The notes: a model not told the origin generated them from the sequence alone. DNA of 64,000 nucleotides from Microbacterium sp. (GCA_013823625.1 PNMM01000002.1:577061-641060), one strand, 5' to 3'; counted from the stretch's first letter, positions 1 to 9,691 are shown. Program-made: numbers and translations.

Positions 1-276
1 GCAGAGCAACAGTGCCGACTCGCCGGCTTTGAGCCCGACGTTCGGTTTGAGACAGCCGACCTGCAAGCGCACATCCGGCTCGTCGAGACGGGCCACGCCG
101 TCGCGCTGTTGCCCGACCTCGTCTGGGCGGGGGCCGAGCCGCGGGTTCCGCTCGTGACGCTCGACGCAGACCCGCACCGCTCTGTCTTTACGGCGGCGCG
201 GGTCTCGTCAGCAGCGCGACCGGCAATCGTCGCCGTGCGCGAAACCCTGTCTCGGGCAGTCGCGTCGCTCATCTAG
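1..276 (+). CDS. LysR-type transcriptional regulator, C-terminal fragment (start lies outside the window)
   Basis: Frame 1 is open from the window edge to TAG 274-276. The translation AEQQCRLAGFEPDVRFETADLQAHIRLVETGHAVALLPDLVW... resembles a LysR effector-binding domain. Family call rests on general resemblance only. Confidence 0.5.
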   Translation, partial: AEQQCRLAGFEPDVRFETADLQAHIRLVETGHAVALLPDLVWAGAEPRVPLVTLDADPHRSVFTAARVSSAARPAIVAVRETLSRAVASLI

Positions 277-302
277 GCATCGGGCCGGTCGAGCGCTCCC
301 GA

Positions 303-665
303 TTACGAGAACGCCGTGCGCACCAGCTCGGCGACCTTCGCGAGGGTGCGATCGTCCATCTCATCGATGAACCACGCGCATGCCCTCAGGGTGCTGTCGC
401 TCTCGCGATCGACGGTTGCCTTCTCTGAGAGCCCGAGAGACATCACGCCATCGTCGAGGCGAAAGAACACGAAGACGGGCGTGCTGCGTGCGGTGGCGTA
501 TCCGGGCATGCCGTACCACAGGCGTGGCTTGAGCTTGGGGCCCGCGGTGGTGATCGTTTCGTGCAGTCGACGACCGATTGACACGTACGGCTCTGGCCAC
601 TCGGCGATCTTCGCGAGAACCGCGGTGAGATCGTTCTGGGCCTTGTCAGAAGGTGGTGTGGGCAT
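303..665 (-). CDS. DUF1801 / YdhG-like small cytosolic protein
   Basis: ORF 303-740, trimmed to ATG 665 (MPTPPSDKAQ...), which is preceded by a GAAAGG-type RBS. The 25 upstream codons are Cys/Arg-rich and look non-coding. WYGMPGYA...VFVFFRL is typical of DUF1801. Confidence 0.55.
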   Translation of the reverse strand: MPTPPSDKAQNDLTAVLAKIAEWPEPYVSIGRRLHETITTAGPKLKPRLWYGMPGYATARSTPVFVFFRLDDGVMSLGLSEKATVDRESDSTLRACAWFIDEMDDRTLAKVAELVRTAFS

Positions 666-949
666 GGTGACCCGCCTTTCTCTCGCGCCGCATTCGCGGC
701 ATGGTGAACACAACTGCCCCGGGAGGGGTGAGTTGCGCAATCTCCACCGCGGACGTGCCCTGGCCGATGCCAGTTCTCTCCGCGAATGTGTCAGACGAGC
801 ACTTCGTCATCGACCGCGCGAGGGCACCGGAGGTGCCACCCCCCATCGTAGTAACGACGGGGCTTTGAGCACACGTGCTCAGCGGCGGCCCAGACGCCGA
901 CGTAGGCTGGCCGAGCGTCATTGACCGTCGCACTCGAGGAGGAGCATCC

Positions 950-2566
950 GTGACCGCACACCGCGACGTCGTCATCATTGGCGGGGGCCACAATGGCCTC
1001 ACCGCCGCCGCCTACTTGGCCCAGGCCGGCCTCGACGTGCAGGTGCTCGAACGCCTCGACGTGCTCGGGGGCGCCGCGATCTCGGCCGAAGCCTTTGCGG
1101 GGGTGGATGCTCGCTTGAGCCGCTACTCGTATCTCGTGAGCCTGCTCCCCCAGCGCATCATCGACGACCTCGGGTTGCAGATTGAGCTCGCGCCGCGCCG
1201 CTACAGCTCGTACACGCCCGTGCCGGGCGAGTCAGGGGGATTGCTCGTCGACAACCACGACCCCCTCGCCACCGCCGAGAGTTTCGCGGCCCTCGGTGCC
1301 GACGATGACGCCATGGCCTGGGCGCGCTTCTACGAGGGCACGCAACACCTCGCGCGCGCGCTGTTTCCGACCGTCACCGACCCTCTGTTGACGCGCTCCG
1401 AGGCGCGGTCGGCTGTCGTTGCCGCGGCCGAGTCGGCCGGGATCGACGGAGAAGAGCTCTGGAACTCCCTCATCGAGCAACCCGTGGGCCGCGCCATCGC
1501 CGACACCTTCGCCAACGACCTCGTGCGCGGCGTCGTCTACACCGACGCGATCATCGGCACCTTCGCTCCGAATGACGACTCGACGCTGCTCGCCAACCGC
1601 TGTTTTCTGTACCACGTCATCGGCGGCGGAACCGGCGACTGGAACGTTCCCGTCGGGGGCATGGGCTCGGTGTCGGGTGAGCTTGAGCGGGCCGCGCGGC
1701 TCGCGGGCGCAACACTCACGACAGGGGCCGAGGTACTCGCGCTCACGCCCGACCGCACGGTGCGCTGGCGCGACGACGCGGGCGTCGAGCACGAGACGAG
1801 CGCGGAGTACGTGCTCGTCAATTGTTCTCCGCACGAGCTCGCTCGGCTCATGGCGGCGGGTGACGAGAGCGCAGCATCCACATCAGACGGCCTCGCTGTG
1901 CCGCCCGCCGAGGGCGCTCAGGTCAAGGTCAACCTGCTGCTGAAGCGCCTGCCGCGCCTGCGTGATGCGAGCATCGACCCCGCCGCGGCGTTCGGCGGCA
2001 CGTTCCACATCAACGAGACCTTCAGCCAACTGCAGCGCGCCTACGACGAAGCCGTCGCGGGCCAGGTGCCGAGCGTGATCCCGGCCGAGATCTATTGCCA
2101 CTCGCTCACCGACCCGAGCATTCTCGGCCCCGACCTGCGCGCTTCGGGCGCGCAGACCCTCACGGTGTTCGCGCTGCACGTTCCCGACCGATTGCTCACC
2201 GAGGCCAACAACGACGCGATGCGCGAGACCCTGCAGCGCGCCGTGCTCGACTCGCTCAACTCGGTGCTCGCCGAGCCGATCGAGAGCCTGCTGCTGACCG
2301 ACGGCAACGGCAACCCGTGCGTCGAGACCAAGACCACGCGTGACCTCGAGCACGTGTTGCGCCTGCCGGGCGGCAGCATCTTCCACGGCGACCTCGCGTG
2401 GCCGTGGGTCGAAGACGGCGAGCCGCTCGACACGCCTGCCCGCCGCTGGGGCGTCGACACGGGGATGCCCGGCGTGCTGCTGTGCGGCTCTGGCGCGCGC
2501 CGCGGCGGCGCCGTGAGCGGCATCGCGGGCCACAACGCCGCGATGGCGGTGCTCGAGTCGCGATGA
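950..2566 (+). CDS. FAD-dependent oxidoreductase, phytoene-desaturase (CrtI-like) family
   Basis: ORF 875-2566. A GTG at 950 is preceded by GGAGGAG. The N-terminal dinucleotide fold DVVIIGGGHNGLTAAAYLAQAGLDVQVLERLDVLGGAA is present, and length is about 540 aa. Confidence 0.75.
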   Translation: MTAHRDVVIIGGGHNGLTAAAYLAQAGLDVQVLERLDVLGGAAISAEAFAGVDARLSRYSYLVSLLPQRIIDDLGLQIELAPRRYSSYTPVPGESGGLLVDNHDPLATAESFAALGADDDAMAWARFYEGTQHLARALFPTVTDPLLTRSEARSAVVAAAESAGIDGEELWNSLIEQPVGRAIADTFANDLVRGVVYTDAIIGTFAPNDDSTLLANRCFLYHVIGGGTGDWNVPVGGMGSVSGELERAARLAGATLTTGAEVLALTPDRTVRWRDDAGVEHETSAEYVLVNCSPHELARLMAAGDESAASTSDGLAVPPAEGAQVKVNLLLKRLPRLRDASIDPAAAFGGTFHINETFSQLQRAYDEAVAGQVPSVIPAEIYCHSLTDPSILGPDLRASGAQTLTVFALHVPDRLLTEANNDAMRETLQRAVLDSLNSVLAEPIESLLLTDGNGNPCVETKTTRDLEHVLRLPGGSIFHGDLAWPWVEDGEPLDTPARRWGVDTGMPGVLLCGSGARRGGAVSGIAGHNAAMAVLESR

Positions 2567-3411
2567 TGCGTCGCTTCGGGCTCGGGATGCTCGCCGCGAG
2601 CACCGCGCTCGTAGTCGCCGCGTGTTCCGCGAGCCCGGGGCCCGCACAGCTCGAGCCCGCACCGCCCGACCCCGCCGCCCTCTTCACCCTCCCACCCGAG
2701 GGTCGCATCGACTACCAGCTCGGAGGAGCCTCCGACCCGGCCCCCGGCGTGACACTTGTCGTGCGTGACGCGACCGAGCAGCCCGCGGCGGGCATCCCGA
2801 GCATTTGCTACATCAATGGCTTTCAGACGCAACCGGGCGAACTTGAGTCGTGGCTCACCGAGGCTCCCGAGGCGGTGTTGCTCGACGCTGCGGGCGGCCC
2901 GGTGATCGACCCGAACTGGCCCGACGAGGCATTCCTCGACCCGCGCACGGCCGAAGCGCGCGAGGCAATCATCGAGCGGCTCGGCCCTCTCATCGACGGT
3001 TGTGCAGCCGCTGGATTCGTGGGCGTGGAGTTCGACAATCTCGACAGCTACTCGCGCTCGGACGACGTGATCTCGATCGACGACGCCCTCGAGCTTGCGA
3101 CCCTGCTCGTCGACCGTGCACACGAGGCCGGTCTCGCAGCCGGCCAAAAGAACGCGCTCGAGCTCGGTAACCGCGGTCGCGACGAGGCCGGCTTCGACTT
3201 CGCCGTACTCGAAGAGTGCGACCGCTGGGACGAGTGCGCCCTCGCAATCGAGGTCTACGGCGACCAGGTCATGAACATCGAGTACACCGACGACCTGCGC
3301 GGCACGTGGGCCGAGGTCTGCGCGCGCGGAGAGATTCCCGCGCTCACGGTGTTGCGTGACCGGATGCTCGCTCCCCCCTCGAGCCCCGACCACGTGCTCA
3401 ACCACTGCTGA
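2563..3411 (+). CDS. Lipoprotein, glycoside hydrolase family 114-like (endo-alpha-1,4-polygalactosaminidase family)
   Basis: ATG 2563 overlaps the upstream stop (ATGA). Signal/lipobox is MMRRFGLGMLAASTALVVAAC. Motifs IDYQLGG...ICYINGFQTQ...VEFDNLDSY...GQKNA...AVLEEC match my recollection of GH114 proteins. Confidence 0.6.
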   Translation: MMRRFGLGMLAASTALVVAACSASPGPAQLEPAPPDPAALFTLPPEGRIDYQLGGASDPAPGVTLVVRDATEQPAAGIPSICYINGFQTQPGELESWLTEAPEAVLLDAAGGPVIDPNWPDEAFLDPRTAEAREAIIERLGPLIDGCAAAGFVGVEFDNLDSYSRSDDVISIDDALELATLLVDRAHEAGLAAGQKNALELGNRGRDEAGFDFAVLEECDRWDECALAIEVYGDQVMNIEYTDDLRGTWAEVCARGEIPALTVLRDRMLAPPSSPDHVLNHC

Positions 3412-3423
3412 GTCGTCAGAGCG

Positions 3424-3972
3424 TCACTCCCACACGCTCGGCGCGGGCTCGCGCCGCGAGGGCAGTGCCGCCTGACCACTCCACTCGGCGAGCCACGCGG
3501 GCAGCGGGTGGTTGTCGGGGTCGAGCGAGAACAGTTCGGCGAGCTCGGGAATCGGCACGACGCCGCCCGACTTCTTGAGAAAGCGCGCCTTGATGACGGC
3601 GCGCGCGCAGATCTCGCCGTCCCGAACAAAGCGCTGTTCGACATAGCTCGCGACCTCGTCGATGCCGACCATGCGGCTCTCAAGTTCGTAGCGCTCCCAG
3701 AGTTCGAGCGAGCGGCGGTAGGTGATCGTCGAGCTCACGATGACGGGGTAGTAGCCGCGCTTCGTGAGTTCGCGCCAGACGCCGGAGCGCACCATCAGGT
3801 CGACGCGGCCGAGATCCATGAGCGAGAGGTACACGCCGTTGTTCATGTGCTTCTGCACGTCAAGGTCGTTGGGCAGCACGCGAAACGGCACGCGGCTGAC
3901 ATCGGTGGGAGTCAGTCGGGGGCCGCGGCGCGCTTGCCACATGACGCGCCACAGGCGCAGCAGTTTGTTCAC
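3424..3972 (-). CDS. Hotdog-fold acyl-CoA thioesterase family protein
   Basis: 182-aa ORF. PFRVLPNDLDVQKHMNNGVYLSLMDLGRVDL is a typical 4HBT-type thioesterase N-terminus. Confidence 0.65.
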   Translation of the reverse strand: MNKLLRLWRVMWQARRGPRLTPTDVSRVPFRVLPNDLDVQKHMNNGVYLSLMDLGRVDLMVRSGVWRELTKRGYYPVIVSSTITYRRSLELWERYELESRMVGIDEVASYVEQRFVRDGEICARAVIKARFLKKSGGVVPIPELAELFSLDPDNHPLPAWLAEWSGQAALPSRREPAPSVWE

Positions 3973-3990
3973 TCGCCCACGGTAGGCCGC

Positions 3991-5028
3991 TCAGCGCGCG
4001 CGGTGGTCTTCGATGGTGGCCTTCGCACCGAAGCGCGGCGCTTCGACGCCCGCCGAGGTGATGAGTCGCACAACGCGGTGCCGCTGGCCGAGGTAGGGCT
4101 CGAGCAACGCGAGCATGCCGGCGTCGTCGGTGCGGTCGCCCGTAAACCACGTGCCGATGACGTGCGGTAAGTGGGCATCGCCCACGCTTACGGTGTCGGG
4201 GTCGCCGTGCGAGCGCTGCAGAATCTCAGCGGCAGTCCACAGCCCGACACCCGGAATCGACCGCAGCGCCGCGATCGCCGCCGACCCACCCCGCCCGAGG
4301 GCGAGCGTGCGTTCGAGCGCCGGCGCCACCGCCGCCACTCGGCGAATCGTCGCCATGCGCTGCGGGCCCACTCCCGCGCGGTGCCAATCGTGGTCCGGGA
4401 TGCTGCGCCACCCCACCCCGTCCGGCATCACGGTGAGCCCCTCGGGTGCGGGGCCCGGCGCCCGCTCGCCGTGCTGCCGCACGATTTGTCGCCACGCGCG
4501 CCGCGCCTCGACCCCGGTCACTTTTTGCTCGAGCACGGCAGGTACGGCTGCCTCCAGCACGAGGTGGGATCGAGTCAGCCGCAGCCCGCGCGTGCGCCGG
4601 CGCAGGCGTTGCACGGCAGCGGCCGCGGCGTCGTTCACCGCGCGGCGCTCGAGCAGGGCGTCGAGCGCCGACCAGTCATCACCATCGCCGAGCAACTCGG
4701 GCGCGTGCGCGGCACTCCACTCGGCGCCCGGTCCCCACGCCGAGACGAGCACCGCGCGCGCTGCGGTCGGCGAACCGTCGACAACGCGTAACCGCAGTGA
4801 CGCGACACCCTCGGGTGTGCGCTGCGCGCGCCAGACCTCGCGCCACGCGTCCGGCCCCTCGACGGTGTGCTGCGTGGGGTCGCCGCGTCCGCGCTGCAGA
4901 AAGCCGAGGGTGGCGCGCAGGTCGAGGGGCTCGAGGGGCGCGTATTCGCGCTCCGCATCCGCCACCGCATCCACCACCCCACCAGCCACGCGCTCAGCGT
5001 AGAACGCCGCCCTGACGACATGGCGCAC
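3991..5028 (-). CDS. DNA-3-methyladenine glycosylase II family (AlkA-like, HhH-GPD)
   Basis: 345-aa ORF with the helix-hairpin-helix LRSIPGVGLWTAAEILQR followed by VSVGDAHL (catalytic Asp region). Confidence 0.7.
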   Translation of the reverse strand: MRHVVRAAFYAERVAGGVVDAVADAEREYAPLEPLDLRATLGFLQRGRGDPTQHTVEGPDAWREVWRAQRTPEGVASLRLRVVDGSPTAARAVLVSAWGPGAEWSAAHAPELLGDGDDWSALDALLERRAVNDAAAAAVQRLRRRTRGLRLTRSHLVLEAAVPAVLEQKVTGVEARRAWRQIVRQHGERAPGPAPEGLTVMPDGVGWRSIPDHDWHRAGVGPQRMATIRRVAAVAPALERTLALGRGGSAAIAALRSIPGVGLWTAAEILQRSHGDPDTVSVGDAHLPHVIGTWFTGDRTDDAGMLALLEPYLGQRHRVVRLITSAGVEAPRFGAKATIEDHRAR

Positions 5029-5093
5029 GACGCAGAACGGCGGGGAGGCCGCTCGCGATGAGCGTTCTCCCCGCCGTTATGACGAGTGCCGTA

Positions 5094-5426
5094 TTACGGG
5101 CAGGTGTAGGTGACGCCGTCAACTTCCCAGACGCCCGAGCCGAGCTCGGCGCAGATCTGGCCGAGGCCACCGAAGAGCGCGGCGCCACCGGCGACGACGC
5201 TGATGATCACGATGATGCCGATGACGAGGCCGATGAAACCGATGATGACACCGGCGAGGGCGAAGCCGTTCTTCTGGCCGGCCTTCTTCGACTGGTTGAG
5301 GCCGACAAAGCCGACAATGATGCCGATCAGGTGCAAGCCGATGATCGACAGCACGAGGGCGACAACACCCGTCGTCTTGCCGGGGTTGACGGGAGCAACA
5401 GCTGCGGGGGTGGGGGCGTCGGTCAT
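5094..5426 (-). CDS. DUF4190-like small membrane protein
   Basis: 110 aa. Two hydrophobic helices (VVALVLSIIGLHLIGIIVGFVGL, LAGVIIGFIGLVIGIIVIISVV) flank NQSKKAGQKNG, the usual DUF4190 layout. Confidence 0.6.
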   Translation of the reverse strand: MTDAPTPAAVAPVNPGKTTGVVALVLSIIGLHLIGIIVGFVGLNQSKKAGQKNGFALAGVIIGFIGLVIGIIVIISVVAGGAALFGGLGQICAELGSGVWEVDGVTYTCP

Positions 5427-5519
5427 TCTGACTCCTGCGAGGTGGGGGGCCGGGATGGCCCCGTTCGGTCGAATCGTAGTACCCCTGGGTGTCTCAGGGG
5501 CAGAGGCAATCGAGGCGAA

Positions 5520-5939
5520 TCACGAACTCGGCGGGACGAGACGCACCATGACAGAGCCCGGAGCACGGCGGCCGCGCAGTTTGCTCATGGCCTTGATGGC
5601 CGCATATTGCACGCCGTACTTTGCACTCAGCGCGGCCTCAAGGTGCGCGAGCGACTCGTCGTCGTCATGCACCGTCGCGTGCGCCTCGACGACGGCGGCG
5701 CCCTCCAGAGGCTTTCCGACGCGATCACAGGCCTGCAACGTCACCCGCGGAGTGTGCCGAATGCGCTTGATCTTTCCGGCCTCGGCGCCCGTGGTCACGA
5801 CCAGGGAATCACCGTGCGGGGCAACCCATACCGGAGTCGCCACGGCGACACCGTTGCGGCGCGTCGTCGTGAGCAACACGTACTGCTCACCGGCGAGCGC
5901 CGCCAACGGGTCGGTCACGGCGTCAGGCTCAGAAGCCAC
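5520..5939 (-). CDS. PPOX-class (pyridoxamine-5-phosphate-oxidase-like) probable F420-dependent enzyme
   Basis: ORF 5520-6002, trimmed to GTG 5939 (VASEPDAVTDPL...). YVLLTTTRRNGVAVATPVWV...IKRIRHTPRVTL fits the PPOX split-barrel family. Confidence 0.6.
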   Translation of the reverse strand: MASEPDAVTDPLAALAGEQYVLLTTTRRNGVAVATPVWVAPHGDSLVVTTGAEAGKIKRIRHTPRVTLQACDRVGKPLEGAAVVEAHATVHDDDESLAHLEAALSAKYGVQYAAIKAMSKLRGRRAPGSVMVRLVPPSS

Positions 5940-6240
5940 GCATGCCCCACGGGCTGTGCATGTACTGCAGCAGGGCTGGGCCCACCGCGATGACCCAGGC
6001 AATGTAGACGAGCAGGCCCGCCGCGAGAATGACGCCGCCGACGATCACGGCCGCGCGCGCGGGACCATTGGTGACGCCCGCTTTCTTCGACCAGTTGTAG
6101 GCAATGACGCCGAGCACGAGGCCCACGAGCGGCAGAACGAACGAAAAGACGAGGCCCGTGATGCCGAGGCTCTGGCCCGGGTATTCGGGAGTGACGGCCG
6201 GGGCGGATGCCGGGGTCGGGGAGCTGGTCTTGTCAGCCAT
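5929..6240 (-). CDS. DUF4190-like small membrane protein (second copy)
   Basis: ORF 5929-6345, trimmed to ATG 6240 (MADKTSSP...) with a GGAGG RBS. Topology matches 5094-5426 (helix, NWSKKAGVTNG, helix). Confidence 0.55.
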   Translation of the reverse strand: MADKTSSPTPASAPAVTPEYPGQSLGITGLVFSFVLPLVGLVLGVIAYNWSKKAGVTNGPARAAVIVGGVILAAGLLVYIAWVIAVGPALLQYMHSPWGMRGF

Positions 6241-6368
6241 GATTCCTCCAGTGGTCAGCTGCGAAAAGCAGTGCTTCACGGTAGTGCCGGTCGCCATGCG
6301 CTCGCCGTGAATCGCGCGCGCGCCGGCTCGTTTCGCGCCCATCACCGCGAGCCGCCATGATGGAACCC

Positions 6369-7394
6369 ATGCGTATTGGAATGCTCACCTCCGGTGGAGA
6401 CGCCCCCGGGCTCAACGCCGTCATTCGCGGCGCCGTTCTCACCGGAACCACGGTTCACCGCCACGAGTTCGTCGGGTTCAAAGACGGCTGGAAGGGCCTC
6501 GTCGAGAACGACACGATTCCGCTCGGTCGACACGAGGTCAAGGGCATCTCGAAGCAGGGTGGCACCATTCTCGGCACGAGCCGCACCAACCCCTTTGAGG
6601 GTCGCGGCGGTGTCGACCGCATCAACGAGGTTTTCGCCGACAACAAACTCGACGCGCTCATCGCGATTGGGGGCGAGGGCACGCTTGCCGCGGCGAAGCG
6701 ATTGACGGATGCGGGCATCCGTATCGTCGGAGTTCCGAAGACCGTCGACAACGACCTCGACGCCACCGACTACACCTTCGGTTTTGACACCGCGGTGGGC
6801 ATCGCCACCGAGGCCATGGACCGCTTGCGCACCACGGGTGACGCGCACAACCGCTGCATGGTCGCTGAGGTCATGGGACGCCACGTCGGCTGGATCGCTC
6901 TGCACTCGGGCATGGCCGCGGGCGCTCACGCCATTCTCATTCCTGAGCAGCACACGAGCATGGAGCAGCTGTGCGCGTGGGTCACGAGCGCCTACGACCG
7001 CGGCCGCGCCCCGCTCGTCGTCGTGGCCGAGGGCTTCACGCTCGACGGTGACGACGAGCCGCTCAACGAGCGCGGCCTCGACGCCTTCGGGCGCCCGCGC
7101 CTCGGCGGCATCGGCGAACGTCTCGCCCCGCTCATCGAAGAGCGCACGGGAATCGAAACGCGCGCCACGACGCTCGGTCACATTCAGCGTGGTGGTACGC
7201 CCAGTGCCTTCGACCGCGTGCTCGCGACGCGACTGGGCATGGCGGCCATCTCGGCCGTGGCCGACCACCGCTGGGGCGAAATGGTCGCGCTTCGCGGTAC
7301 CGAGATCGTGCGCGTGCCCTTCGAAGCCGCGCTGGGCAAACTCAAGACCGTTCCGCAAGAGCGCTACGACGAAGCCGCGCTGCTCTTCGGCTAG
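6369..7394 (+). CDS. pfkA: 6-phosphofructokinase (ATP- or PPi-dependent; cannot be distinguished by eye)
   Basis: MRIGMLTSGGDAPGLNAVIRG..., IGGEGTL, VGVPKTVDNDL and MGRHVGWIA are canonical PFK motifs. Confidence 0.9.
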   Translation: MRIGMLTSGGDAPGLNAVIRGAVLTGTTVHRHEFVGFKDGWKGLVENDTIPLGRHEVKGISKQGGTILGTSRTNPFEGRGGVDRINEVFADNKLDALIAIGGEGTLAAAKRLTDAGIRIVGVPKTVDNDLDATDYTFGFDTAVGIATEAMDRLRTTGDAHNRCMVAEVMGRHVGWIALHSGMAAGAHAILIPEQHTSMEQLCAWVTSAYDRGRAPLVVVAEGFTLDGDDEPLNERGLDAFGRPRLGGIGERLAPLIEERTGIETRATTLGHIQRGGTPSAFDRVLATRLGMAAISAVADHRWGEMVALRGTEIVRVPFEAALGKLKTVPQERYDEAALLFG

Positions 7395-7421
7395 GCGGTC
7401 GCGCGGCCTAGGCTGACGACC

Positions 7422-8456
7422 ATGACCCGCGGTTGGCAGATCACCCTGAGCGATGACGCGTCGCGGGCCGAGCTCATCGACCTCGACTCCACCACCCTCG
7501 CCCCTCCTGACCTTGGCTCCGACGTCGAGGTCGCCGTGTCGTGGTCGGGGCTCAACTACAAAGATGCGCTCGCCTTCGCGGGCAATCGTGGCGTCGTGCG
7601 CACCTCTCCGCTCGTGCCCGGCATTGACGTGGTCGGCACCGTAACGGCGTCAGAGAATGAGCGCTGGTCGGTCGGTGACCGCGTGCTGCTCAACGGCGCT
7701 GGGGCGGGCGAAACGCGCAACGGCGGGCTCGCCGAGCACGCGCTGCTCGATGGCAGCACCCTCGTGGCCACACCGTCGGTCTTCACGGATGCCCAGGCCG
7801 CCGGCATCGGAACCGCCGGCTTCACCGCCATGCTCGCCGTGCTCGCCCTCGAGCGCCACGGAGTGACCACGGGCGACGTGCTCGTGACCGGTGCCAGCGG
7901 TGGCCTCGGATCGTTCGCGATTACCCTGCTCACGCGCGCCGGATTCACCGTCACCGCAGCCACCGGCCGCCCCGAGAACGAGGCTCGGCTGCGCGCGCTT
8001 GGCGCCACAACGATCATCGACCGCAGCGAGCTCGACCGGCCGTCTCGTGCGCTCGAGTCGCAGCGCTGGGCGGGAGTGATCGACTCGGTTGGGGGCGCGG
8101 CGCTCGCGACGACGCTCGCGCAAGTGCAACCGTTTGGCGCGGCAGTGGCGTGCGGCAACGCAGCGTCGCCCGAACTTGCCACGACGGTCATGCCCTTCAT
8201 CTTGCGCGGCGTCGCGCTGCTCGGCGTCAACTCGTCATTCACTCCCCTGCCGCTGCGCGAGCAGGCGTGGGAGCGGCTCGCGCGTGACCTCGACCCGGCC
8301 GTGGTCGACTCCGTGGCCGAGCCGATCGAGCTCGAGCTCGCCGCCGACCGTGCCGCCGAGCTGCTGGCGGGGCGTGTGGTCGGGCGACTGAGCGTTCGCG
8401 TCGGCGCGGGCGCAGCATCCACTCACCCCGAATCGACATCACCGGAGGCCTCATGA
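7422..8456 (+). CDS. MDR-superfamily oxidoreductase, YhdH/AcuI (acryloyl-CoA reductase-like) subgroup
   Basis: 344 aa. VAVSWSGLNYKDALAFAGNRGVVRTSPLVPGIDVVGTV and VLVTGASGGLGSFA match the YhdH/YhfP family. Confidence 0.8.
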   Translation: MTRGWQITLSDDASRAELIDLDSTTLAPPDLGSDVEVAVSWSGLNYKDALAFAGNRGVVRTSPLVPGIDVVGTVTASENERWSVGDRVLLNGAGAGETRNGGLAEHALLDGSTLVATPSVFTDAQAAGIGTAGFTAMLAVLALERHGVTTGDVLVTGASGGLGSFAITLLTRAGFTVTAATGRPENEARLRALGATTIIDRSELDRPSRALESQRWAGVIDSVGGAALATTLAQVQPFGAAVACGNAASPELATTVMPFILRGVALLGVNSSFTPLPLREQAWERLARDLDPAVVDSVAEPIELELAADRAAELLAGRVVGRLSVRVGAGAASTHPESTSPEAS

Positions 8457-8848
8457 CCGCGCTCACCCTCATCGGCCTCGTTCTTGCGGGCATGGCGGCA
8501 ACGCTGCACGTGGCGTTCTTCGTGCTCGAGAGCATTTTGTTTCGCCTGCCCGTGGGCCGACGGGTCTTCGGCGTGCGCCCCGAAGCCGACTCGGCGCCGC
8601 TCAGGCTCTTTGCCGTGAACCAGGGGCTCTACAACCTCGGGCTCGCGATCGTCGTGTTCGTCGGCATCGTGCTCGTCGTGCTCGATGCGAGTTCGCCAAT
8701 CGGCATCGCCGTCGTGGTCTCGGGATGCTCGGTCATGGCCCTCGCGGGCGCCGCGCTCGCGGCCACGGCTCCGCGCCGCACGCTGCCGATCGCGGCCGCG
8801 CAGGGGGTTCCCCCACTCATCGCGATCGTTGCTCTGCTGCTGGGCTAG
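8453..8848 (+). CDS. DUF1304-like integral membrane protein
   Basis: 131 aa with four predicted helices. The start overlaps the upstream stop by 4 nt. The HVAFFVLESILF...NQGLYNLGLA pattern is present. Confidence 0.6.
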   Translation: MTALTLIGLVLAGMAATLHVAFFVLESILFRLPVGRRVFGVRPEADSAPLRLFAVNQGLYNLGLAIVVFVGIVLVVLDASSPIGIAVVVSGCSVMALAGAALAATAPRRTLPIAAAQGVPPLIAIVALLLG

Positions 8849-8851
8849 GCC

Positions 8852-9691
8852 CTACGCAACCACGGGCGGCGCGCTGTCGTTCGGATTCATCGCATACTCA
8901 GCGAGCGCGCGCACGAGCGCGGGAGTTGATCGCTCATCGGCGATGCGGTGCACCGTCAAGCCTGCCGCCCGCGCGTCGAAGGCTGTGCGCGGACCAATGC
9001 AGATGATCACGGTGGTGGGCGGCAACGGTGCGAACTGCGTCGCGATTTGTCGCGCCACGCTGCCCGAGCTCACGATCAAGGCGTGGATCGAGCCGGAGGC
9101 GATGTCGGCCACGACGGCCTCCGGCGCACTCACGCCCACGGTGCGGTACGCCGTGACGAAGCGCGCCGCGATTCCACGCTCGGCCAAACCGCTCACGAGG
9201 GTGGGCTCGGCCAGTTCGCTTTGCGGCACGAGCACAGTGCCGTCGCCAGCGCTGCCGGGCCACTCGCGCACGAATCCGCGGGCTGAGTGGTCACTCGGCA
9301 CGAAGTCGACGGGGTATCCGGCCAACTGCAAGGCCTGGGCCGTGGTCTCGCCGACCGCCGCAATGCGCGTGGCGGGGTCGAGCCGCACACCGTGCCCCAC
9401 GAGCACATCGACGGTCGTGGCGCTCGTGACGACAAGCCAGCCGTAGTCGCCGCGGCGCAGAGCGTCGAGTTCGGCCGCCAGTTGCTCGGGGTGCTCGGTG
9501 GGCGCGAAGTTGATGAGCGGGGCGATGACCGGGGTCGCCCCGAGCGAGCGCAGTTGCGCCGCAACGCCGTCGCCCCACTTACCGCCGCGAGGAACCAGAA
9601 CGCGCCACTCGCGCAGAGGCTTAATGACGGGCAGCACGCCCGTGGGCGTGCGCTCGATTGTTACGTCGTGCAGAAATACCATCGGCTCCAT
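8852..9691 (-). CDS. hemD: Uroporphyrinogen-III synthase
   Basis: ORF 8852-9808, trimmed to ATG 9691 (MEPMVFLHD...). HEM4-like repeats are RVLVPRGG...GATPVIAPLINF and WLVVTSATTV...IAAVGETTA. Confidence 0.7.
   Translation of the reverse strand: MEPMVFLHDVTIERTPTGVLPVIKPLREWRVLVPRGGKWGDGVAAQLRSLGATPVIAPLINFAPTEHPEQLAAELDALRRGDYGWLVVTSATTVDVLVGHGVRLDPATRIAAVGETTAQALQLAGYPVDFVPSDHSARGFVREWPGSAGDGTVLVPQSELAEPTLVSGLAERGIAARFVTAYRTVGVSAPEAVVADIASGSIHALIVSSGSVARQIATQFAPLPPTTVIICIGPRTAFDARAAGLTVHRIADERSTPALVRALAEYAMNPNDSAPPVVA

Noticed and set aside
2092-3405. 437-aa minus-strand ORF, plus similar long antisense ORFs (e.g. 6342-7358, 14236-15345, 15359-16399, 17560-18519, 24582-25760, 26697-28181, 38987-39946)
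   Set aside because: These are high-GC artefacts. They lie antisense or out of frame to genes with clear family motifs. Their translations are Arg/Gly/Ala/Pro-rich with no motifs, and stop codons are simply rare at ~70% GC.
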